DNA from: Clostridia bacterium
GTDB lineage: Bacteria; Bacillota; Clostridia; UBA1212; DUPL01
Assembly: GCA_050951325.1 (NCBI GenBank)
Contig: JBMNIW010000003.1
Span: 128,001-192,000 of the forward strand
Length of the DNA: 64,000 nt
Reading direction: 5' to 3'
Position numbers and translations under genes: made by a program. How positions within the stretch are numbered: the first letter of the stretch is position 1; each line of letters begins with the position of its first letter. Below the pieces are notes generated by a model that ran no database searches, was not told where the DNA came from, and was given only the letters and a program-made list of their open reading frames with translations. Below, piece after piece: positions 53,331-61,484 of the stretch.

Positions 53331-55160
53331 CTAAAAATAACTGTTCAAATGTTGCAGCATAAATCTGTTTCTTGGCTCGACAAAATCCCTGTACGTATTA
53401 ATCAGGCTTTCCCAGCTTCTCATCTCTCCGCCATAGTATCCCCAGAACTGCTGCATATCCTTCATTCGCTCATACATGAATTTGTCAAGAAGATTGTTTA
53501 CAGCTTCCTTGGTTAATATTTCAGTGCACAATTTCCTCATGTATTCCTTGAATCTGCTTGCAAACTCCTTGTTCCTTACACAGCTTCTGAAGACCTGCCC
53601 TATTGCAGGCTCATTGAAACTCATTCCACTATTCAGAACAGCTTCATACGAGTTGTGATGCGGAGATGTAAATGCCGCCTGGATGTCCAGGTCTTTCAGT
53701 ATGAATCTCCATTTTCCATCCATGCCATAGACACTGTTGTTCGTAGGTCCTGTGTACTTCCAGGCAAGAACATTGTTGTGCGGCCAGTCGTTGTTTGCTA
53801 TGTACATTTGATATGCCATGTACTTGATAAAATTGTCCACATCAATTATTGCTTCTATTTCAGAAATATCCCTCTTGGAAAAGTCTGTACTTATAAGCTT
53901 ACGCATATCCTTTCTGAACTCGTCAAGGCCTTCTTCCGGACCATCTGTCAGCTTGTATGAAAATGTAAAGCCGGTGCCGGATGCAATACTTACCATCGTA
54001 ACATGATCTTTGGGTATCTTGTAGTGAGCTTCGATATAGTCCGCATCTATGGATTCACGCATGTTCATAAGAGAATAGTATTTTCCATTTATGTATACCA
54101 CACAGGGAGCGGAATCCTGGAAATCAACTCCCGCCATGCCTCCAAGCTTATGCAAAAAGGCATCCTTGAACATGGTTTGTCCAAAGTCATTGGCAGAGTT
54201 TCTAAGTATAATCCTTTCAAACTCTTTTATCTTGTTTCCATGCACATCATAAGCAGCATCAAAAAACTCATAAGCAAAGGAGTCGTGCTGCTCGTCATAC
54301 ACGCTTCTAGAAATAATTCTCAAGGATTTTATCGAGTTGTGCCTGGACATGCCGCCTGCAATTCGAACCCCCACATTTTGGTCAATTATCAGCTTCCCTT
54401 CCCTGTCGAATATCTGAATGCGGCATGGGCGTTCCCATTCCCTTCCTCTTTGGTTGTAGTTTCTTGGGAACCAGCCATCAATTTCACGTCTGGGGTTTCT
54501 GGTGCGTTCATCTTGAAAAGCTTTTCCCTGAATCATTATCCCACGCTCGTAATCATACAGGTCTTCTTCATCAATGATAATTGACACCAGATAGCTTCCA
54601 AATTTGTCCTGATAATTCGGTTCCTGGCCTTTTCCGTCAATTGTAAACGTGTAGTAGTAATAATCGCTGACTCTTACATCCCCGTCAAAGGCAGCAGCAA
54701 TAATCACAGTCATTCTTGATGATTCAATTGCCGACTCCGACTGGCTGGGTATTGCAATGGGCTTGGTATATAGAATGCTCTGTCTTACCCCTTCCTCATC
54801 AACCTTGCTCGGATGAGGAAGCTTTCCTCCAGCATACAAATACACTTCTCCTGTAGGAGCAACCTTCTCATCAGGAGAGGTGGACCTTCTTGAAGGACTT
54901 GTTATCGTATAATATATCTTCGCGTTTTCATCACTGCACTCAAGAGAAAAATCAAAACCTTCCGGATAGTATCCAGGTTCGTGGGAGCCTGTTATAACAA
55001 CCTTTATATCTACCGGTTCTTCTGTTGGCTGTGGTGTATTATCCGGCTTTACAACCGGCATCGTACCAAGACTTATACCTATTACTATCAATGTAATTAT
55101 CGCAACTGATATTGGTACATACAACAATTTAAGCAAATTAGTGTCCGCACTCTTTCTCAA
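53331..55160 (-). CDS. CotH kinase family protein, membrane-anchored
   Basis: N-terminal TM, GREWERP, RIAGGMSR, LRNSAND, YINGKY, NNDWPHNN, KWRFILKDLD. Confidence 0.82.
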   Translation of the reverse strand: MRKSADTNLLKLLYVPISVAIITLIVIGISLGTMPVVKPDNTPQPTEEPVDIKVVITGSHEPGYYPEGFDFSLECSDENAKIYYTITSPSRRSTSPDEKVAPTGEVYLYAGGKLPHPSKVDEEGVRQSILYTKPIAIPSQSESAIESSRMTVIIAAAFDGDVRVSDYYYYTFTIDGKGQEPNYQDKFGSYLVSIIIDEEDLYDYERGIMIQGKAFQDERTRNPRREIDGWFPRNYNQRGREWERPCRIQIFDREGKLIIDQNVGVRIAGGMSRHNSIKSLRIISRSVYDEQHDSFAYEFFDAAYDVHGNKIKEFERIILRNSANDFGQTMFKDAFLHKLGGMAGVDFQDSAPCVVYINGKYYSLMNMRESIDADYIEAHYKIPKDHVTMVSIASGTGFTFSYKLTDGPEEGLDEFRKDMRKLISTDFSKRDISEIEAIIDVDNFIKYMAYQMYIANNDWPHNNVLAWKYTGPTNNSVYGMDGKWRFILKDLDIQAAFTSPHHNSYEAVLNSGMSFNEPAIGQVFRSCVRNKEFASRFKEYMRKLCTEILTKEAVNNLLDKFMYERMKDMQQFWGYYGGEMRSWESLINTYRDFVEPRNRFMLQHLNSYF

Positions 55161-55237
55161 ACTTGATTACACCTCTACATATCCTTGTTAATATTAAGAG
55201 TTTAGCACCAAAAGCGGACTAAATCAATATAATCTTT

Positions 55238-55275
55238 AAAAGCAAGTTGCGGCAACCAAAATCTATTGCCGCAAC
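55238..55275 (-). terminator. Terminator of trpB2
   Basis: GTTGCGGCAA/TTGCCGCAAC 10-bp stem, followed by TTGCTTTT on the minus strand. Confidence 0.65.
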
Positions 55276-55286
55276 CTGTATGTTCC

Positions 55287-56660
55287 CTATTCTACTTTTG
55301 GAAGCCTTGAAAAACTTGCCTCAAGTTCTTCATCGGTTGGAATGTAATCCACCATTTCGCCTGAAATATAGCTTGAATATGCCGTCATGTCAAAGGTTCC
55401 TGTTCCTGTGAGGCCAAACAGTATTTTTTTTGCTTCTCCTGTTTCCTTGCACTTAAGAGCTTCATCGATTGCAACCCTTACAGCATGGCTTGATTCAGGA
55501 GCAGGAAGTATGGTTTCATGTTTTGCAAACAGGCAGGCAGCTTCAAATACTGCACTCTGCTCGACCGCCCTGGCCTCATCAATATAGCCGTCATAGTAAA
55601 GCTGGCTGAGCATTGGCGACATGCCGTGGTATCTAAGTCCTCCTGCGTGATTTGGTGATGGTTTGAAGTCGCTTCCCAATGTGTACATCTTTGCAAGAGG
55701 AGTTACTCTTCCGGTGTCGCAGAAGTCATATGCAAACTTGCCTCTTGTAAATGACGGACATGATGCAGGTTCTACTGCGATAAAGTATGGAGCCTTTCTG
55801 CCTGCAAACTTATCCTGCATGAAAGCGCCAATAAGACCACCAAGGTTTGATCCGCCTCCGGCACAACCAATTACTATGTCTGGATACTCATCCACAAGCT
55901 CCATTGCCTTCTTTGCCTCAAGCCCAATAATCGACTGATGCAGAATAACCTGGTTCATAACCGAACCCAACACATATCTGCAATCGTCCCTGGACATGGA
56001 TGCCTCGATGGCTTCAGATATGGCGCAACCAAGGCTGCCGTGGGTGTTGGGATCGTTCTTCAAAATCTCCCTGCCCACCTTTGTTGTTTCACTCGGACTT
56101 GGTATAACCTCAGCTCCAAAGGTTTCCATAACAGTCTTTCTGTACGGCTTCTGCTGGCTGCTTATCTTTACCATGTATACCTTTAGGTCAAGACCAAAGT
56201 GCGCACACGCCATGGCAAGAGCAGTACCCCATTGTCCTGCACCGGTTTCGGTGGTCAGACACTTAAGTCCCTGTTCCTTGGCGTAATACACCTGTGCAGC
56301 TGCAGAGTTCAGCTTGTGGCTGCCGGATGTATTGCTGCCTTCAAACTTGAAATATATCTTTGCAGGTGTGCCAAGAGCCTTCTCCAGATTGTATGCCCTA
56401 ATCAATGGAGATGGCCTGTAGATCTTGTAAAAGTTCAAAATCCCCTCTGGTATGTCAATATATCTGTCTTGCGTGTTCAACTCCTGCTTTGCCAGTTCCT
56501 CGCAAAATATAGGGTACAGATCCGTAACTCCCAATGGTTCCAATGTGGCAGGATTCAAATATGGAGCTGGTTTAACTTTCATGTCCGCCAGCATGTTGTA
56601 CCACTGTTTCGGCATCTGTTCCTCTGTAAGATAAATTTTGTACGGTACTTTTTTTGACAT
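55287..56660 (-). CDS. trpB: TrpB-like PLP enzyme (tryptophan synthase beta, TrpB2 type)
   Basis: SGSHKLN (PLP Lys), TETGAGQWG, GGGSN, HAGGLRYHG, PAPESSHA; long TrpB2-type N-terminus. Start ATG 56660 with RBS GGAGAGG. Confidence 0.92.
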   Translation of the reverse strand: MSKKVPYKIYLTEEQMPKQWYNMLADMKVKPAPYLNPATLEPLGVTDLYPIFCEELAKQELNTQDRYIDIPEGILNFYKIYRPSPLIRAYNLEKALGTPAKIYFKFEGSNTSGSHKLNSAAAQVYYAKEQGLKCLTTETGAGQWGTALAMACAHFGLDLKVYMVKISSQQKPYRKTVMETFGAEVIPSPSETTKVGREILKNDPNTHGSLGCAISEAIEASMSRDDCRYVLGSVMNQVILHQSIIGLEAKKAMELVDEYPDIVIGCAGGGSNLGGLIGAFMQDKFAGRKAPYFIAVEPASCPSFTRGKFAYDFCDTGRVTPLAKMYTLGSDFKPSPNHAGGLRYHGMSPMLSQLYYDGYIDEARAVEQSAVFEAACLFAKHETILPAPESSHAVRVAIDEALKCKETGEAKKILFGLTGTGTFDMTAYSSYISGEMVDYIPTDEELEASFSRLPKVE

Positions 56661-56694
56661 TTTCAACCTCTCCTTAATTCTATATTTTCCCAAT

Positions 56695-56972
56695 AAAAAA
56701 ACTCTTGCCCTTGAAATATAAGGACAAGAGTACAATTCTCCTGCGGTACCACCTTAATTGGTCTTTCGACCCGCTCATTCCATACACCATCATGTATGCT
56801 CCCTTGATAATGGGTGGAGATCCCATCAGCTACTACTCCAGATTTAATCTGTTTCGGTCTGCCCTCATGAGTCCATTCAGTTGGTACTTAAATACAGCGC
56901 TCTCACCATATACGCCGCTCTCTTTGATTCAAGAAGCCAACTTACTCTTCTCAATCACAGGTTTAAATTTTA
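56695..56972 (-). ncRNA. T-box leader (Trp specifier)
   Basis: Minus strand: AGAGAG and GGTGAGAG boxes, specifier GAA-TGG-A (codon at 56875-56873), T-box AAGGTGGTACCGC (56755-56743), terminator CTCTTGTCCTT/AAGGGCAAGAG followed by TTTTTT. Confidence 0.92.
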
Positions 56973-56982
56973 AATTTTGAGT

Positions 56983-57011
56983 ATTATACAGCAAAGAATA
57001 ATAATTGTCAA
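56983..57011 (-). promoter_or_regulatory. Consensus sigma-A promoter of the T-box/trpB2 transcript
   Basis: TTGACA (57011-57006), 17 bp spacer, TATAAT (56988-56983). Confidence 0.85.
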
Positions 57012-57037
57012 CACCCATTTATTAATTAACAGTTTTA
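57012..57037. repeat. Left copy of the IS1202-like target duplication
   Basis: CACCCATTTATTAATTAACAGTTTTA, identical to 60767-60792. Confidence 0.85.
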
Positions 57038-57260
57038 TGGTCATTTGAATTTTTAAATGCAAAGATACAGTTGCATTTACTTCTTCCGAAGATGCAAATA
57101 CTCACATTCTAATAACTTATGGCTAGAGTTGCATTTACTTTTTCCTAATACCAAATGCCTTTATGGGTACCGGAGGGTACCCATAAAAATTGCGTTTACT
57201 TTTTCCTAATTATGTGCAATTATTTCCTTGTTGCCTGTCCAGGAGTAGAAGGAGGCATTT

Positions 57261-58568
57261 ATGGGTAAACATTTGACATTGGAAGACAGGATCACCATTC
57301 AAAAAATGCTTAAGGAAGGTAAATCGTTTGCTGAAATAGCTGTGGATTTGTCACGACCGGCAAGCACCATTATGAGAGAAGTAAAAAAACATCGTGTTTT
57401 CATCAGTCGAAAAGAGGTTTCAACCATGCAAACCAAAAATGCGTGTAAAAAGCGTTTTGACTGCAAAATCGCGGGTAAATGCAAAAAGCCTTCATGCGAG
57501 GCAATACACCACAAGAATTGCAAGTACTGCGGTGGATGTAATGATTTTTGCAGTGAGTTCGAGGAAGATATATGTACCAGATATGATTCTCCGCCATATG
57601 TTTGCAATAGCTGTGAAAAGAAACCAAGATGTCCACTGTCCAAATACTTGTATGATGCCGAAAAAGCGCACAAAGAGTACAGGAAAAAGCTCTCGGAATC
57701 CAGACAGGGCATTTCGGTAACCGGTGAGCATTTGAAGCATATTGACGATATCATTTCTCCAAGATTGAAAAAAGGACAATCAATACACTTGATATGCACG
57801 GAGCAAAAAGATGTTTTGAACCTTTCCGAAAGAAGTGTATACAAATACTTACATATGGGGCTTTTGTCAGCCAAACCTACCGATTTGTCACGTACCGTCC
57901 AGAGAAGGTTAAGAAAAAAAGCCGGACCTGCCGTAAAAGTGGACAAGCAGTGCTTCAAAGGCAGGACATATTCCGATTTCCAGGCTTATCTGGAACAAAG
58001 CGGTTATGTCAACGTTGTTGAAATGGATACTGTTATGGGAAGAAAGGGCGAATCGGCAGTTGTGCTGTCCTTGCTTTTCAAAAACTGCGATTTGCAGCTA
58101 TACTTCTACCGCAGTGCCAATACAGCTCGCTCAGTAGCGGAGATATTTGATGAACTCAGGTCAAAGCTGACAGATTCGGAATTCTCAAAACTGTTCCCTG
58201 TCATTCTCACTGACAGGGGCTCCGAGTTTACCGATCCAACCACCATTGAGATTAATAGAGAAACAGGGGAAGCTCAGTCGAGAGTGTTTTACTGTGATCC
58301 TATGAACTCAAACCAAAAGGCAAAATGCGAAAGGAACCATGAGTTTTTCCGTTGCATTTTGCCTAAGGGGTCGTCTTTTTCCGGACTTAATCGGGAAAAA
58401 ACAGACCTGATTACTAATCATATAAACTCATACCCCAGACCGAGGCTTGGGGCTAAATCGCCAATTGCTGTCTTCAAAGCAATATATGGCGATGAAATCG
58501 CCGCAAAACTCGGTCTGGTTGAAATACCAGCAAAGGATGTAATCTTGCATCCAGTTTTAATAAAATAA
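57261..58568 (+). CDS. IS30-family transposase with Cys-rich insert
   Basis: N-terminal HTH (HLTLEDRITI...STIMREVK), DDE triad EMDTV / TDRGSEF / KAKCERNH; RBS AAGGAGG. Confidence 0.92.
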   Translation: MGKHLTLEDRITIQKMLKEGKSFAEIAVDLSRPASTIMREVKKHRVFISRKEVSTMQTKNACKKRFDCKIAGKCKKPSCEAIHHKNCKYCGGCNDFCSEFEEDICTRYDSPPYVCNSCEKKPRCPLSKYLYDAEKAHKEYRKKLSESRQGISVTGEHLKHIDDIISPRLKKGQSIHLICTEQKDVLNLSERSVYKYLHMGLLSAKPTDLSRTVQRRLRKKAGPAVKVDKQCFKGRTYSDFQAYLEQSGYVNVVEMDTVMGRKGESAVVLSLLFKNCDLQLYFYRSANTARSVAEIFDELRSKLTDSEFSKLFPVILTDRGSEFTDPTTIEINRETGEAQSRVFYCDPMNSNQKAKCERNHEFFRCILPKGSSFSGLNREKTDLITNHINSYPRPRLGAKSPIAVFKAIYGDEIAAKLGLVEIPAKDVILHPVLIK

Positions 58569-58768
58569 TCATATCCTAAACATTGATAACTCCTGGCGGG
58601 CAAAATGAGTCAAAAAAGCTTTGCATTTACTTCTTCGTAAAAATTAAGAAATTATGCAAGGCTAGTTTGTCATGCCCAAAAACATCCTCTAACTGAACCT
58701 TTTATTTTAAATTATAGATTAAACCAGCAAAAAACGCAACGATTTCTCTGTATGGGGCAGAAAAATCG

Positions 58769-58846
58769 TTGCATTTACTTCTTCTCGTTTGCATTTACTT
58801 TTGCAAATTGCATTTACTTCTTCTCGTTTGCATTTACTTTTGCAAT
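58769..58846 (+). repeat. 39-bp tandem duplication at the right end of the IS30 element
   Basis: TTGCATTTACTTCTTCTCGTTTGCATTTACTTTTGCAA(A/T) twice; contains 4 copies of TTGCATTTACTT. Confidence 0.9.
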
Positions 58847-58864
58847 TAACCTTAACAGTTTTAT

Positions 58865-60766
58865 TGTCGTTAAAATATGATAATGTCTTACTATACCACA
58901 TGTGATTATGTCCCATGTGGTATAATCAGAAGAAAAAATAATAAATGGTGGTATAATATGGAATTGGAATTACGTAAACATGAGCTAAGAAAGTATAATG
59001 CAATAAAAGACTGTGTTGAAAATCATGGAAATAAAAAGCGAGTAGCAGCTCAATTAGGTTGTACCCTAAGACATGTTAATCGCTTAATAAGTGGCTTTAA
59101 TAAGCATGGAAAGCAATTCTTTGTGCATGGCAATAGAGGGAGAAAACCATCACATGCAATTGATGAGAAAATCAAGGAAAACGTCATTAACCTTTACAAC
59201 ACTACATATGCGGATGCTAATTTTACTCATTATTGTAAATTTCTAAAAACTAAAGAAAAAATCAATGTATCATACAGTTATGTTAGACAAGTTCTGATGA
59301 ATGCTAATATTTGCTCTCCAAAGACTAGAAGAAAGACAAGGAAAGCATTAGCAAAAAGGCTGAAGGAAGCAAAAAAAGAAGCAAAAGCAAGAAAGAAGTT
59401 AAAAAAATTGATAAAGCAATTTTATCTTTATCAGAAGTTCATCCCAGACGTCCCAGAAGAGCATATCCTGGGGAGTTGATTCAAATGGATGCCTCCCAAC
59501 ACATATGGTTTGGTTCTAAAATGATACATTTGCATGCTGCCATAGATGACTGCACTGGTGCCATATTGGGTGCATACTTCGATGAACAAGAGACATTAAA
59601 CGGCTATTATAACGTTATGCATCAGCTAATAACCAATTATGGTATTCCATGTGAGATTTTAACAGACAGGCGTACAATATTTGAATACAAGAAAACAAAA
59701 GAGACTAAAGTTGAAAACGATACTATGACTCAATTTGCTTACGCTTGTCAAACCCTGGGAGTAATACTTAATACAACAAGTGTAAGCCAGGCCAAAGGGC
59801 GTGTTGAAAGGCTGTTTGGAACTTTGCAATCACGCCTCACTGTTGAACTCAGACTGGCCAATATAGAATCAATTGAGCAAGCGAATGAATTCCTTATTAA
59901 AAATTTTCTCCCAGAATTTAACGAGGAATTTTCGTTGCCATATAATATTAGCAAATCGGTGTTCATTCCGCAAGCTGAATATCAAGATATAAATCTTATA
60001 CTAGCTGTACTGACTGACCGTAAAATAGACAAAGGTTGTTGCATCAAGTATAGAAATACCCATTACAAGTTAGTTAACGAAAAGGGCGATTACGTGTATT
60101 ACCAAAGCGGCACAGAAGGGCTCGTTATTCAAGCTTTAGACGGTAACCTGTATTTCAGTGTTAATGATATGGTATACGCACTAGAAGAGGTTCCTGTGCA
60201 CGCAGAGACATCTAAGACCTTCGATCCTGCTCCTAATGAGAAAAAGGAACGCAAGATATACATACCTCCTATGAGTCATCCTTGGAAAAAAGCCTCTTTT
60301 GACAGTTATGTTAGGAAACAGAAGCATAGGCAGAAATTAATGGCCTAAAACACGTTTAAGGCTTACAGGCAAGTTTAATGAAATGGATATCATTAAGCCA
60401 CAAGAAACATAGTGGCTGTCTTGTGCTGCCAAAAAACAACATGGAACGTATGCCTTAATTCCCTTAATATCAATTCTTTCTGATGCCCCGAGATAATTAC
60501 CATAAAACGTGAGAAAAGGGAGGGTTCGCTATGCTTAAATTAAAAATACGAGGGCATTAAGTGGCTTTGAACCTTATCATCAACCCTCCCGTCAGCCCGT
60601 CGACACCTCTGTTCAGCATAGCAGAAGAGGTCAAGTCAAGAGAAGAAACAAAGTGACTCTTGACTTGGCCTCTACCGACCTTTTGAAGTACATATACTCA
60701 AATTAAATATGGTTCTTATGCTGTTTTTTCTTATTTTTTTGGGGACATTTTCAAATACGGTTGACA
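58865..60766 (+). mobile_element. IS1202-like (ISNCY) insertion sequence, 1902 bp
   Basis: TGTC...GACA ends; IRL TGTCGTTAAAATATGATAATGTC vs reverse-complemented IRR TGTCAACCGTATTTGAAAATGTC; 26-27 bp direct repeat as described for IS1202. Confidence 0.82.
58958..60348 (+). pseudogene. IS1202/ISNCY-family DDE transposase split by a -1 frame change near 59370-59410
   Basis: ORF1 has the HTH and HGNRGRKP; the -1 frame reads HPRRPRRAYPGELIQMDAS, ILTDRR, KGRVERLFGTLQSRL, HPWK. Confidence 0.82.
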
Positions 60767-60792
60767 CACCCATTTATTAATTAACAGTTTTA
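60767..60792. repeat. Right copy of the IS1202-like target duplication
   Basis: Immediately follows the GACA end; identical to 57012-57037. Confidence 0.85.
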
Positions 60793-60890
60793 ATAAAATT
60801 TATACAAATAAACTTTTCATAAACGCAACATTCAACCCCTCCTCAACAGTTTTATAAATGTACAACATTTAACCAAAGAAAGGTGATAGT

Positions 60891-61463
60891 ATGAAAAAAC
60901 TTATGCTGATTCTATTAAGTGTAATTCTTGTTGTCTCTATTGCAGCATGCGCAAGAGACAATAATAACGGTGATGATGATCCAAAGGCCACCGAAGAACC
61001 AAAAGGAACTGAAAAACCAAAGACAGAAGGAAATCTCGAAGGTTCATTGGAAGAACTCATTGAAAAGATCTATGAGAACGCAGATGTGGATTACTCCAAC
61101 ATCGAACTGGTAAACACAGAAGTAACAGAAGAAACCTGTGAATACTTTACCGGTGTTGCAGACCTTGAATATGAAGAAGCATTGGCTTCAGAGCCTGCAA
61201 TAAATCCTGGAGCACACTCACTGGTACTTATCATAATGCCTGAAGGCGCTGACATAGATAAGGCAAGACAGGAAATACTTGAAGGTGCGGATCCATTCAA
61301 ATGGGTATGCGTAGGAGTAGAAAAGGTCATAGTCAACAACGCAGGCAACCTTATAATCCTCATCATGTCCAACGATGCGGACGCACTCCATGACAGCTTC
61401 CTGGAGCTTGCAGGAGATCTTGCAGGCGAGCCAATCAGCAAGGAAGGCAAAGCTCAGGAATAA
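60891..61463 (+). CDS. Acidic lipoprotein heading the MBOAT operon
   Basis: Lipobox SIAAC, RBS AAAGGTGA, contiguous with the MBOAT gene. Confidence 0.78.
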   Translation: MKKLMLILLSVILVVSIAACARDNNNGDDDPKATEEPKGTEKPKTEGNLEGSLEELIEKIYENADVDYSNIELVNTEVTEETCEYFTGVADLEYEEALASEPAINPGAHSLVLIIMPEGADIDKARQEILEGADPFKWVCVGVEKVIVNNAGNLIILIMSNDADALHDSFLELAGDLAGEPISKEGKAQE

Positions 61464-61484
61464 TTGCAGAAAAGAGGGTGTAAA

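Larger units (their letters stand above)
57039..58851 (+). mobile_element. IS30-family insertion sequence (1813 bp) with 13-bp target duplication
   Basis: Imperfect terminal IRs GGTCATTTGAATTTTTAAATGCAAA / GGTTAATTGCAAAAGTAAATGCAAA (18 of 25 match); TTAACAGTTTTAT flanks both ends (57026-57038, 58852-58864). Confidence 0.85.

Noticed and set aside
58769-58846. Short repeats resembling a mini CRISPR array
   Set aside because: The intervening 7-8 bp segments are themselves repeated, there are no cas genes, and the repeats belong to the IS right end.
58719-58916. 65-aa minus-strand ORF with a repeated CKSKCKREEVNA peptide
   Set aside because: A by-product of the 39-bp tandem duplication; it spans the junction of two IS elements.
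58939-58948. TAATAAATGG in the IS1202 leader is complementary to part of the target duplication (guide-like match)
   Set aside because: Only 10 AT-rich nucleotides, overlapping the RBS; compatible with chance.
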